Below are positions 1 through 9,515 of a stretch of 64,000 bases of DNA, piece after piece. The notes under the pieces are model-generated. The model did not search any database and had not been told where the DNA came from. It saw only the letters and a program-made list of their open reading frames with translations. The DNA comes from Pseudomonas aeruginosa PAO1 (GTDB lineage: Bacteria; Pseudomonadota; Gammaproteobacteria; Pseudomonadales; Pseudomonadaceae), in assembly GCF_000006765.1 (NCBI RefSeq), contig NC_002516.2; one strand, given 5' to 3'. The position numbers and the translations under genes were made by a program. Numbering within the stretch: the first letter of the stretch is position 1; the number at the start of each line of letters is the position of its first letter.

Positions 1-2
1 AG

Positions 3-65
3 CTGGAGGAGTTCGAGTACTCGATCTCCGACCTCGAGTACAACTGGTACCTGCACACCGTGTGA
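3..65 (+). CDS. pauA4: 3' end (partial) of a glutamine-synthetase-like gamma-glutamylpolyamine synthetase
   Basis: Reads LEEFEYSISDLEYNWYLHTV-stop, the typical C-terminus of GS-like PauA/PuuA proteins. It lies upstream of a polyamine-type permease. The symbol comes from recalled synteny. Confidence 0.65.
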   Translation: MEEFEYSISDLEYNWYLHTV

Positions 66-69
66 GCAT

Positions 70-108
70 GGGCGGGCGGCTCCGGTCCGGCGCCGCCCGC
101 CCGTTCTT
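70..108 (+). terminator. Probable intrinsic terminator after the GS-like gene
   Basis: Perfect 11-bp stem GGGCGGGCGGC / GCCGCCCGCCC followed by GTTCTT. Confidence 0.55.
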
Positions 109-221
109 CCGTCGAGGTTCCCACCCTTGCTGAAGGTAGACGGCGGCAAGCCTGCGGTTTCCGCCCGTCCGCCTTCCTTTGCTGTGCATTAGAAAAAGAA
201 GAAATCGAGGCAAGCATACCC

Positions 222-1592
222 ATGTCGAATCCTCCCCCCACCGCAGAACGAACCCAGCTTCGCAAGTCCCTCAAGCTGTGGCAGATCGTCATGATCGGGT
301 TGGCCTACCTGACCCCGATGACCGTCTTCGACACCTTCGGCATCGTATCCGGGATTTCCCAGGGACACGTGCCCACCGCCTACCTGCTGGCCCTCGCCGG
401 CGTGCTGTTCACCGCGATCAGCTACGGCAAGCTGGTCCGCCAGTTCCCCACCGCAGGCTCGGCCTATACCTACGCGCAACGAGCGATCAATCCCCATGTC
501 GGCTTCATGGTCGGCTGGTCGTCGCTGCTGGACTACCTGTTCCTGCCGATGATCAACGCACTGCTGGCGAAGATATACCTGACCGCATTGTTCCCCGAGG
601 TCGCCCCGTGGATCTGGGTGGTGATGTTCGTGCTGATCATGACCCTCATCAACATCAAGAGCGTGAACCTGGTCGCCAATTTCAACACCGTCTTCGTGCT
701 GGTCCAACTGGCGATCATCGTGGTCTTCATCGGCCTGGTGATTCACGGCCTGAACAACGGGGAGGGGACCGCCACGGTGCTCAGTACCCAGCCGTTCTTC
801 TCCGAGCACGCGCATCTCTCGGCGATGGTGGCGGGGGCGACGATCCTCTGCTTTTCCTTCCTCGGTTTCGACGCGGTGACTACTCTGTCCGAGGAAACCC
901 GCGACGCCGGCAGGGTGATCCCGCGGGCGATCTTCCTCACCGCGCTGTACGGCGGGGTGATCTTCATCACCGTGTCGTATTTCCTGCAGTCCTATTTCCC
1001 GACCAACGTACGCTTCAAGGAACCCGACGCGGCGCTGCCGGAAATCGCCCTGTACGTCGGCGGCAAGCTGTTCCAGTCGATCTTCCTCTGCGCCACCTTC
1101 ATCAATACCCTGGCGTCGGGCCTGGCCTCCCAGGCCAGCGTGTCGCGCCTGCTGTACGTGATGGGGCGGGACAACGTGCTGCCGGAGCGGATCTTCGGCT
1201 TCGTCCATCCGAAATGGCGTACGCCGTCGATCAACGTGCTCATCGTGGGCATGGTGGCGCTCTCGGCGATCTCCTTCGACCTGGTGACCGCGACCGCGCT
1301 GATCAATTTCGGCGCCCTGGTGGCCTTCACCTTCGTCAATCTCTCGGTGATCGTGCATTTCTATGTGCGCGGCGGGCGCAACCGCAGCCTCAAGGAGCAT
1401 TTCCACTACCTGGTCCTGCCATTGCTCGGCGCGGCCATCGTCGCGGTGCTCTGGCTCAACCTGGAAAGCACCTCGCTGGTGATGGGGCTGATCTGGGCCG
1501 GACTGGGCTTCGGCTACCTGTTCTACCTGACTCGCAGCTTCAGCCGTCCGCCGCCGCGCTTCCAGGAGAGCGAGCTGAGCCCGACCCAGTGA
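222..1592 (+). CDS. APC-family amino acid/polyamine permease (PuuP/PlaP-like), 456 aa
   Basis: About 12 hydrophobic segments, motifs [15 protein letters not shown] and [15 protein letters not shown], and an A-rich leader (AAAAAGAAGAAA). Confidence 0.9.
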   Translation: MSNPPPTAERTQLRKSLKLWQIVMIGLAYLTPMTVFDTFGIVSGISQGHVPTAYLLALAGVLFTAISYGKLVRQFPTAGSAYTYAQRAINPHVGFMVGWSSLLDYLFLPMINALLAKIYLTALFPEVAPWIWVVMFVLIMTLINIKSVNLVANFNTVFVLVQLAIIVVFIGLVIHGLNNGEGTATVLSTQPFFSEHAHLSAMVAGATILCFSFLGFDAVTTLSEETRDAGRVIPRAIFLTALYGGVIFITVSYFLQSYFPTNVRFKEPDAALPEIALYVGGKLFQSIFLCATFINTLASGLASQASVSRLLYVMGRDNVLPERIFGFVHPKWRTPSINVLIVGMVALSAISFDLVTATALINFGALVAFTFVNLSVIVHFYVRGGRNRSLKEHFHYLVLPLLGAAIVAVLWLNLESTSLVMGLIWAGLGFGYLFYLTRSFSRPPPRFQESELSPTQ

Positions 1593-1651
1593 GGCGAGCG
1601 GTGAATGGATTCAGCGGAAATGTGAAGGAAAAAGATTGGTAATCTTCACGA

Positions 1652-1735
1652 AATTTTCACGGTGACGGGTCAATCATAGACCCATGGCTAACGGACTAGC
1701 CCCCCATCTGAAGCCCGCCTCATGGCGGGCTTTGG
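1652..1735 (+). ncRNA. Candidate ~85-nt small RNA in the permease-sstT intergenic region
   Basis: Extended -10 TG-G-TAATCT (1637-1645), then hairpins at 1667-1683 and 1686-1701 (loop ACGGAC) and a terminator stem at 1711-1732. The start site is inferred. Confidence 0.35.
1711..1735 (+). terminator. Intrinsic terminator hairpin
   Basis: AAGCCCGCC-TCAT-GGCGGGCTT followed by a short T run. Confidence 0.6.
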
Positions 1736-2079
1736 CTATCTGCAGACAGCGAATTTCGCGTTTTCCCTCCTTTTCACAGGGATTTCCGGCCTCCCGGCTG
1801 GCAATGCGCCTGCGACGACATGTCCGAATCCAGACAGAATTGGACGCCCCCAAAAAGCGCAGACACGGCTAGAATCCACGCCGTCCCGATCCGGTTCGAT
1901 GGCCGTGGCGGGGGAGCCCGGTATCCGCTGGTCGGTGTTTCCTGTGGTGCTGCGCGTCCTTCCCTAGACTACCCGGCTCGCTCGAACCATCCCTTCGCGG
2001 GGGCGGAACGGCACAGGGTCGTTCGGCATGGAAGCTGCCTGGGCCGGCCTTCGACACACCTATAAGAGTAGAAATCTGC

Positions 2080-3309
2080 ATGACATACCCTGAACGTCCC
2101 CTGCTTCATCTGCTGACGCGTACCAGCCTGGTGGGCCAGATCATCGTCGGCCTGATCGCCGGCCTGCTGCTCGCCAGCTTCTTCCCGGCCGCCGCGCTCA
2201 AGGTCGGCTTCATCGGCAAGGTCTTCGTTTCCGCGCTGAAGGCCGTCGCGCCGGTACTGGTGTTCGTCCTGGTGATGGCATCCATCGCCAACCACAAGCA
2301 AGGCCAGCAGACCCATATCCGGCCGATCCTGCTGCTGTACCTGGTCGGCACCTTCAGCGCCGCGGTGGTGGCGGTGATCGCCAGCTTCGCCTTCCCCTCG
2401 AGCCTGGTGCTGGCCAGCCATCCGGGCGAGATGTCGCCTCCGGGCGGCATCGCCGAGGTGCTCCAGTCCCTGCTGCTGAGCGTGGTGGACAACCCGGTCA
2501 ACGCCCTGATCTCGGCCAACTTCATCGGCATCCTGGCCTGGGCCATCGGCCTCGGCATCGCCTTCCGCCACGCCAGCGACACCACCCGCAACCTGCTCTC
2601 CGAGCTGTCCAACGGCGTCTCGCTGATCGTCAAGGTGGTGATTCGCTTCGCCCCGCTGGGCATCTTCGGCCTGGTCGCCTCGACCTTCGCCGAGTCCGGC
2701 GTCGAGGCCCTGAAAGGCTATGCCCACCTGCTGGTGGTGTTGCTCGGCTGCATGCTGTTCGTGGCCTTCGTGGTCAACCCGCTGATCGTGTTCCTGAAGA
2801 TCCGCCGCAATCCCTATCCGCTGGTGCTGACCTGCCTGCGCGAAAGCGGCATGACCGCGTTCTTCACCCGCAGCTCGGCAGCCAATATCCCGGTCAACCT
2901 GCAGCTCTGCGAGCGCCTGGGCCTGCACGAAGACACCTATTCGGTATCGATCCCGCTGGGCGCGACCATCAACATGGCTGGCGCGGCGATCACCATCACC
3001 GTGCTGACCCTGGCAGCGGTGCATACCCTGGGCATCGCCGTGGACGTACCGACCGCGATCCTGCTCAGCGTGGTGGCGTCGATCTGCGCCTGCGGCGCGT
3101 CCGGCGTGGCCGGCGGTTCGCTGCTGCTGATCCCGCTGGCCTGCAGCCTGTTCGGGATTCCCAGCGAGGTGGCGATGCAGGTGGTGGCGGTAGGCTTCAT
3201 CATCGCGATCCTCCAGGACTCCGCGGAGACCGCGCTGAACTCCTCGACCGACGTGCTGTTCACCGCAGCCGCCTGCGAGGCGGAAGAGCGCAAGGCGAGC
3301 GCCGCCTGA
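2080..3309 (+). CDS. sstT: Serine/threonine:Na+ symporter (DAACS family), 409 aa
   Basis: Matches SstT motifs [38 protein letters not shown] and [13 protein letters not shown]. Confidence 0.93.
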
Positions 3310-3327
3310 TTCGATCCCTGGGTCACG

Positions 3328-3360
3328 GAAGAAACCGCCTTCGGGCGGTTTCTTCGTTTC
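3328..3360 (+). terminator. Intrinsic terminator of sstT
   Basis: GAAGAAACCGCC-TTCG-GGCGGTTTCTTC followed by GTTT. Confidence 0.85.
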
Positions 3361-3429
3361 GCCCCGGCGTGCTTTGACCTGTGCGCCGCGCTGCGGCCTA
3401 ATGGTCGCCCGTCCTTCCCGAGTTGCCGC

Positions 3430-4332
3430 ATGTCGTCTCCTTCCTTGCCCGATGCCAGTCTCCGCGCCAGCACCCTGCATCTGCCGGCCGGTCCCTGGAG
3501 CACCGTGCTCGACTGTCTCTGCGCGCGTTTCCCGGCAATCGACCGCGACACCTGGCTGGCGCGCATGCAGCGGGGCCGGGTGCTGGACGCCGAGGGGCGT
3601 GCGCTGGGCCCGCAGGCGGCATATCGCGAAGGCCTGCGTGTGCACTACTTCCGCGAGTTGCCGGTGGAGGCACCGATTCCTTTCGAGGCGCGCATCCTGT
3701 ACCGCGACGAGCATCTGCTGGTGGCGGACAAGCCGCACTTCCTGCCGGTGATGCCGGCCGGCGGCTACGTCGAGCAGACGCTCCTGGCGCGGCTGGCCCG
3801 CAGCACCGGCAATCGCGACCTGGTGCCGCTGCACCGGATCGACCGGCATACCGCCGGGCTGGTGCTGTTCTCGACCAATCCCGGCAGCCGCGGGCGCTAC
3901 CAGGCGCTGTTCCGCGAGCGGCGCATCGACAAGTGCTACGAAGCGATCGCTCCGGCCTTGCCGCAACTGGACTTCCCGTTGCTGCGCAGGACCCGCCTGG
4001 TGCCCGGCGAGCCGTTCTTCCGCATGCGCGAAGGCGAGGGCGAGCCGAACAGCGAGACGCGCATCGAGGTCGTCGAGCGCAACGGCCGCTGGTGGCGCTA
4101 CCGGCTGTATCCGGTGACCGGCAAGAAGCACCAGCTGCGCGTGCACCTTGCGGCACTCGGCGCGGGTATCCAGAACGATGGGTTCTATCCCGAGCTGCTG
4201 GACGCCGAGGGCAGCCCCGACGACTACCTGCGGCCGCTCAAGCTGCTGGCCAGGGGGCTGTGCTTCGACGACCCGCTGAGCGGGGAGAGGCGTATGTTCG
4301 AATCCGGGCTGCGGCTCGATTGGCAGGTGTAG
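3430..4332 (+). CDS. RluA-family RNA pseudouridine synthase, 300 aa
   Basis: Motifs VADKPHFLPV, HRIDRHTAGLVL (catalytic Asp) and TGKKHQLRVH. Confidence 0.92.
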   Translation: MSSPSLPDASLRASTLHLPAGPWSTVLDCLCARFPAIDRDTWLARMQRGRVLDAEGRALGPQAAYREGLRVHYFRELPVEAPIPFEARILYRDEHLLVADKPHFLPVMPAGGYVEQTLLARLARSTGNRDLVPLHRIDRHTAGLVLFSTNPGSRGRYQALFRERRIDKCYEAIAPALPQLDFPLLRRTRLVPGEPFFRMREGEGEPNSETRIEVVERNGRWWRYRLYPVTGKKHQLRVHLAALGAGIQNDGFYPELLDAEGSPDDYLRPLKLLARGLCFDDPLSGERRMFESGLRLDWQV

Positions 4333-4334
4333 GC

Positions 4335-4514
4335 GACAGGCTCGCCAGCGGAATGCTGGCGTACGTCGCCGACCCGGAGCGCATGGCGCGTTTCTATGAA
4401 CAGGCGCTCGGCCTGGAGGGGCTGCGCGGGCGAGTAGAAGGATCGCCCGCTGGTGCGGCTGGACGCGCCCGCCGGAGCGGGCGCGGGTCGCTCAGGGACG
4501 CTTGTCCAGCTTGA
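4335..4514 (+). pseudogene. Truncated VOC/glyoxalase-family gene relic
   Basis: Frame reads GDRLASGMLAYVADPERMARFYEQALGLEG (ATG at 4353), the typical first beta-alpha unit of VOC proteins. It then degenerates and runs into the 3' end of the convergent gene. Confidence 0.5.
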
Positions 4515-6366
4515 CCACCAGGCGCAGTTGCTCGACGCAACCGCGGCTCTGCTCGATCAGCTTGCCGAACTCGGCGCTGTTGATCTCGTCGTGGTTGAGC
4601 CAACTGGTCTTCTGCACTTCCCGATAACGATAGTGGTAGCCGCCATCCTTGGCCGGTTCGGCCTGCAGGTCGATGTCGAACCAGGGACTGCGGATCTCGC
4701 AACTGTGCGCCGGCTCGTCAGTCTTGCCGCCGGACAGGCTGATGTCGTAGGACGTGATCTGCGGTTCGCCCAGGTACAGCTCGGCCAACTGGCCTTCGCT
4801 ACGGTACTTGGCGAAGGCATCCCACTGGCTGGCCAGGTCCTGGCGGTTGTAGAAATACTCTCCGCCGAGCCGGTCGAGGGCGCGGCGGTCGGTAAGCCTG
4901 GCACTGATCGTATAGCTGGGCGGCAGCACGAACTGGCTGTCGTCGCGCTCCAGCACGCAGTCGCTGCCTTCCTTGGCGAAGTTGCGGCACAGGTCCTGGT
5001 CGGTGCTGGTGCGGCCGCGCTGGCGATCGGCGACGCTGAGCTGCATCAGCGGCGCGTTGGAAAGCTCCACGCGCGACTCGACCCGGGCTTCGCCGTCATG
5101 GGTGTAATGCTCGCTGCGGGTCACGCGCAGGGTGTCGCCGGGCGCTTCCAGCGGAATCTCGTCGCGCCGCACCTTGCCGTCGGCGCCCAGCACCAGCGCC
5201 CAGCGCTGCTGGATGTCGGGCATGATGCGGCCGGGAGCGAACACCGGGTTGGTCGGGTCCAGCCACCAGGTCTTGCCGTCCACCTCGGCGCGGACGATGG
5301 CATGGTTCGGCGCGTACATGCCGGGCACCAGCAGGTCCCAGACCACGTCGCCGCGGCTGACCAGGGTCGGTTCGGCCTTGATCCCGGCGGCCTTGAGCAT
5401 GGCGGCGAGGAGGATCGCCAGGTCCTTGCAGTCGCCGTAGCCATTGCGCTCGATCTCCGCCAGGGAGAAGGGCACGTAGCCGCGCTCGCTGGCGCGCCAG
5501 TCGCCCAGGTAGCGGTAGGTGTCGTTGATGTACTGCATCAGGCCGGCGACCTGCTCGCGGGCCGGCTTGCCCTTCACCGCGGCGACGGCCGCCGCGGCGC
5601 CCTTGGGCAGCTCCGCGGCGAGGATCTCGTTGTAGCGCGCGGCGAACGGGCCGAAGTTGTCCTGCAGGTCCAGCGAACTGCCCAGCTCCAGGCGCGGGGT
5701 ATGGCGCAGGTAGGCGTTGCCGGCTTCGTTGATGTAGTTGGTGTATTGCGGCTTTTTCAGGCTGACCTTGAGGGTCTTCTTGTCGGCGCTCTGTTCGATG
5801 CGATAGGCGTCCATCAGCTCGCTGCGCACGAAGATCGGCCGCTCGGCCTTGAACTCGGCGACGAAGCGGTCGTCGCGCACCGGCATCGGCGGGCGGCTGA
5901 GAATGTAGTGGAACTGGGTGCTCAGCGGCTTGGCGGTGAAGTGCTCGCGCAGGGTGTAGCTGATGCGGGTGCCGACGCGCAGGTTGGGGAACGCCAGGGA
6001 GGTCTGGCGTTCGCGCAGGAAGCCCTGGTCCGGGTTCGGCGCGGTGCGCGTATCGATCTGCGACTGGTCCAGCGGCACCGGCTTGCCGCCGGGCTGGGTC
6101 AGCTCGGCCTTCTCCACGATCAGGCTGTCGGTCTCCGCGTAGCTGCGATCGATGCGCGAGAGCATCTCGCGGCCGCTCGGCTTGAGGATGGTGAAGCTGT
6201 AGGTGCTCACGCAATCGGTGCTGTTGTCGGCGTTGAACTGGCAGCGGAACTCGGTTTCGCCGGCCAGCGGCGCCTCGGCGATCGGTTGCAGCGCGGCGAG
6301 GGCCGGGGTGGCGGCGCAGAAGACGCTGGCGGCGAGGAAGGAAGGGGAGAAGGGATGACGGGGCAT
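4492..6366 (-). CDS. Exported DUF3857 + transglutaminase-like domain protein, 624 aa
   Basis: Signal peptide MPRHPFSPSFLAASVFCAATPALA. Papain-like triad motifs GYGDCKDLA, PNHAIV and WLDPTN. The N-terminal domain is DUF3857-like. Start chosen at ATG 6366. Confidence 0.85.
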   Translation of the reverse strand: MPRHPFSPSFLAASVFCAATPALAALQPIAEAPLAGETEFRCQFNADNSTDCVSTYSFTILKPSGREMLSRIDRSYAETDSLIVEKAELTQPGGKPVPLDQSQIDTRTAPNPDQGFLRERQTSLAFPNLRVGTRISYTLREHFTAKPLSTQFHYILSRPPMPVRDDRFVAEFKAERPIFVRSELMDAYRIEQSADKKTLKVSLKKPQYTNYINEAGNAYLRHTPRLELGSSLDLQDNFGPFAARYNEILAAELPKGAAAAVAAVKGKPAREQVAGLMQYINDTYRYLGDWRASERGYVPFSLAEIERNGYGDCKDLAILLAAMLKAAGIKAEPTLVSRGDVVWDLLVPGMYAPNHAIVRAEVDGKTWWLDPTNPVFAPGRIMPDIQQRWALVLGADGKVRRDEIPLEAPGDTLRVTRSEHYTHDGEARVESRVELSNAPLMQLSVADRQRGRTSTDQDLCRNFAKEGSDCVLERDDSQFVLPPSYTISARLTDRRALDRLGGEYFYNRQDLASQWDAFAKYRSEGQLAELYLGEPQITSYDISLSGGKTDEPAHSCEIRSPWFDIDLQAEPAKDGGYHYRYREVQKTSWLNHDEINSAEFGKLIEQSRGCVEQLRLVVKLDKRP

Positions 6367-6458
6367 CGGTGCCTCAGGATGAAACGTTTGAGCGGAGCTC
6401 CCAGGCGTCGCCTGGCGCATGGGGGCGCCGGGCGATAGCCGGGGAGATGGACCCTGAA

Positions 6459-6473
6459 TGATAGGTTTTATCA
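6459..6473. promoter_or_regulatory. Palindromic operator-like site upstream of the transglutaminase-like gene
   Basis: TGATA-GGTTT-TATCA in an AT-rich patch about 95 bp upstream of the start. Confidence 0.4.
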
Positions 6474-6540
6474 ATTCCGCATGTCGACCGGCGGGTCCGG
6501 TTATGTGCGGGATGTCGCCGTTGCGATCTTTTCGCCGGCT

Positions 6541-6801
6541 TCATTTGCCGGGCTTTGCCGTTCTGTGGCAGGCGCACGCCTGTTCCTGGCGCTCCGGAAC
6601 CGGGTCGTAGCCGCCCGGGTGCCAGGGGTGGCAGCGCAGCAGCCGGCGCGCGCCGAGGTAGCCGCCTCGCAGCGCGCCATGCACGCGGATGGCTTCCAGG
6701 GTGTAGTGCGAGCAACTGGGGTAGAAGCGGCAGCGGGGACCGATCAGCGGGCTGATTGCGTACTGGTAGAAGCGGATCAGCCCGATCAGCAGGAACTTCA
6801 T
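6541..6801 (-). CDS. yidD: Membrane protein insertion efficiency factor YidD, 86 aa
   Basis: [33 protein letters not shown]...[17 protein letters not shown] is the YidD signature. Confidence 0.93.
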   Translation of the reverse strand: MKFLLIGLIRFYQYAISPLIGPRCRFYPSCSHYTLEAIRVHGALRGGYLGARRLLRCHPWHPGGYDPVPERQEQACACHRTAKPGK

Positions 6802-6859
6802 GGCGAGCCCTCGGCGGGGTTGCGGCGGCGAGCGGGCATTGTAGCGCCGTTGTCGGTCC

Positions 6860-8214
6860 TCAAGGAGCATTCTCCGCCGCGCAATAAAGGATCCGCCCGT
6901 CGACGAGGCTGCGAGCAGTCGCCAGGCGGCCGCGCAGGCCGGGTTCTTCCGGCGCCAGCGTGCCCTCGCGCCAAGCGCCTCCGCGCAATGGAATCAGTGC
7001 CGAACGGCCGTAGCCCGGGCAGTACGCCTCGGCGTCGCCCTCCAGATAGTCGACGCCGTCCAGGGTCAGCTCGCCGACATTCCAGCGCGCGCCGAGGTAG
7101 GCCTGGCGGAACGGCCCGTCGGCAAGGACGTAGAAGCCCCCGCGCACCTCGCTGGCCGCCGTGGCGAAGCCGATGGTGCGTCGCGGTTGCGGGATCACCA
7201 GCAGCGGTCGCCGTGGGTCGGCGAAGGCCTCCTGCAACTCGACCAGGCGCTGGCGGGTGGCGCCCATCTCGCGCCGGTAGCGCTCGCCGCGCGCCCGCGC
7301 GTCGTCGGGAAGTTCGCTCCAGGCCGGAGGCTGGTCGCGCAGCAGGTAGTCCAGCGGCCAGGTGCCGGCCGTCGCGGCTTCCTTCCAGTCCGCGTCGTCG
7401 TCGCGCAGGTCCAGCAGCACTCCGGCCAGCGCGCCGATCTCGTAGGCTTCGCTGTCGACGCCGACGCCGATCTCGTTGGCATCGTAGAAGGCCAGGGCGT
7501 ACTCCCGCAGCGCCTGCCGATAGCGTTGCGGATCCTCGGCGAAATCTGTGCGGTACGCGCGGCGGCGGCCATCTCGATGTAGCGCGCGGTGCCTTCGCTG
7601 AGATCGACCTGCGCCGCCAGCCGGCTTTCCTCGGGAGCCGCTTCGCGCCAGCGGCGCAGCCAGCCCTGGGCGTCGCTCAGGTAGCTGTCGCGCTGCCTGG
7701 GCGTGCGCAGGGCCTGGAGCAGCGACTGGAACAGGGCATAGCGGTATTCCCGCGGGCGCGGGTCGAGCGTGGCCAGGTCGCCGCGATAGCCACCGGGCTT
7801 GCGCAGGCCCGGCCAGTCTTCCTGGGCGTAGCGATGGAAGGCTTCGTGCGGGCCGATGGCGGCCAGCGTCTCGCTATTGCCGGTATTGCTCCGCAGGTGC
7901 GCGGCGCTGATCTGCAGCAGCACCGCCGGACGGCCCCGGTAACGCGGAAAGGCATAGCTCAGGTCGAGATCCGGGTCGCTGTCGCCCGCCGCCGTGGTGC
8001 GCTGCGCGCGGCCTTCGGCATCGGCGACCCAGGTACTGCGGCCATCGCTGTAGAGGAAGGCCTTGTCGGCCATCCGCCAGCCGGGCCAGAGTCGTTCGCT
8101 GTGCTGGCCGACGGCATGGACATAGGCCAGGTAGCGGCGGGCGAACGACTCGCTGTCCGTCGCCGCGGCGGGAAGGGACAGGGCAAGCAGGAGCAGGGGC
8201 AGGGCTCGGGTCAT
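6860..8214 (-). pseudogene. Secreted HExxH (gluzincin-like) metallopeptidase gene interrupted by a 1-bp deletion
   Basis: Signal peptide, H123EAFH127 and a downstream SEGTARY (E207). The frame breaks at codon 220 (7555/7556). Restoring one C gives ...ARYRTDFAEDPQRYRQALREY..., continuous into the 6860-7420 ORF, for 451 aa in total. Confidence 0.8.
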
Positions 8215-8301
8215 GGCGGGTACGGTTGCGCAAGGTCGGTCGGGGCGACGAAGGTATGCCGCCGCTTCCCGATTGACCGTCGCGGCCGCTGCCGCGTTCC
8301 C

Positions 8302-9234
8302 CTAGGCGGTGTTGCGCGCCCGCGCCAGGTCGCGCAGCGGCGGGGCGCCGAACAGCCGGCTGTACTCGCGGCTGAACTGCGACGGGCTTTCGTAGCCGAC
8401 CCGGTAGCCGGCGGCGGCCACTTCCAGGCCCTCGCTGAAGATCAGCCGGCGCGCTTCCTGCAAGCGCAGCTGCTTCTGGTACTGCAACGGGCTCATCGCG
8501 GTCACGGCCTTGAAGCGGTGGTGCAGGGTCGAGGGGCTGAGGTTGACCACCTGGGCCAGTTGCTCGATGCGCAGCGGCTTGCCGTAGTTCTGGTTGATCC
8601 AGTCGATGGCGCGGGTGATGCGGTGGGCCTGGCTGTCGGCGATGGCGATCTCGTGCAGGCGCTGGCCCTGGCCGCTGCGCAGCAGCCGGTAGAAAATCTC
8701 GCGGAGGATCAGCGGCGCCAGCATCGGGATGTCGCGCGGGCTGTCCAGCAGATGGATCAGGCGCAGCACGGCATCCAGCAGGCTGGCGTCGATACGGTCG
8801 ACGTAGAGGCCGCGGTCGCCGCGCCGGCTGGCCACTTCCATGGGCCCGGCGTCGGAGATCAACTGGGTGATTTCCGCCGGGTCGATATCCAGCCGGACGC
8901 AGAGGTAGGGCGCGTCCGGCGAGGCGTCGATCACCTGGCCGGCCAGCGGCAGGGTGACCGAGACCACCAGGTAGTGCAACGGATCGTAGATATAGCGTTC
9001 CTCGGCCAACTGCACCTCCTTGCGGCCCTGGGCGATGATGCACAGGGCAGGTTTGTGCATGCCGCGCGCCGGCAGGGTGGGGCCGTCGGCGCGGATCAGG
9101 GCGAGGGGTTCGACGGCGGTGCCGTAGATACCGTCGCGGGGGCAATGCCTGAGCAGCGACTGCGCCAGTTCGCTCTGGCGCTGGCGCAATTCGGCGGGGA
9201 GATCGACGGAAAGAAGCGGGGTGTTTTCGCTCAT
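8302..9234 (-). CDS. cmrA: AraC-family regulator with AraC_N domain (CmrA), 310 aa
   Basis: C-terminal AraC double HTH (SPLQYQKQLRLQEARRL...GYESPSQFSREYSRLFG). Numbering from ATG 9234 puts A68, L89, H204 and N214 at the positions I recall for CmrA gain-of-function mutations. Confidence 0.88.
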   Translation of the reverse strand: MSENTPLLSVDLPAELRQRQSELAQSLLRHCPRDGIYGTAVEPLALIRADGPTLPARGMHKPALCIIAQGRKEVQLAEERYIYDPLHYLVVSVTLPLAGQVIDASPDAPYLCVRLDIDPAEITQLISDAGPMEVASRRGDRGLYVDRIDASLLDAVLRLIHLLDSPRDIPMLAPLILREIFYRLLRSGQGQRLHEIAIADSQAHRITRAIDWINQNYGKPLRIEQLAQVVNLSPSTLHHRFKAVTAMSPLQYQKQLRLQEARRLIFSEGLEVAAAGYRVGYESPSQFSREYSRLFGAPPLRDLARARNTA

Positions 9235-9310
9235 GCGGGGACTCGCGGGGGAAACCTTCCCAAGACTAGCGCGCGTCGCGGCGACAGGCATCCATCGCGC
9301 TGCGCGATGG

Positions 9311-9409
9311 CAGGATCAGGCAAGCATTCGCCAGGAACAGGCAAGCCAGCTCGTTTCACCGGGCGCAAGCGGATGAGAAAAAACCGGAACGCGGCAGTTT
9401 CAGGCAAGA
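9311..9409 (+). promoter_or_regulatory. Three helically phased direct repeats, putative CmrA binding sites
   Basis: CAGGATCAGGCAAGC (9311), CAGGAACAGGCAAGC (9332) and CAGTTTCAGGCAAGA (9395), at offsets of 21 and 63 bp. Confidence 0.6.
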
Positions 9410-9515
9410 ACCCGACAGTATCCGTCTACCGATTCCCCGCGCCGTCCCCCTAATCTGGCTGGCATGGCGGAATCTCCGTCATGCCGATGGGAAATACCTG
9501 CAGGGGGACACACCT

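Noticed and set aside
1875-2079. Long structured sstT leader as a riboswitch
   Set aside because: Only short alternative pairings (GGTTCGA/TCGAACC) and no recognisable aptamer or terminator/antiterminator. It would need an Rfam or covariation search.
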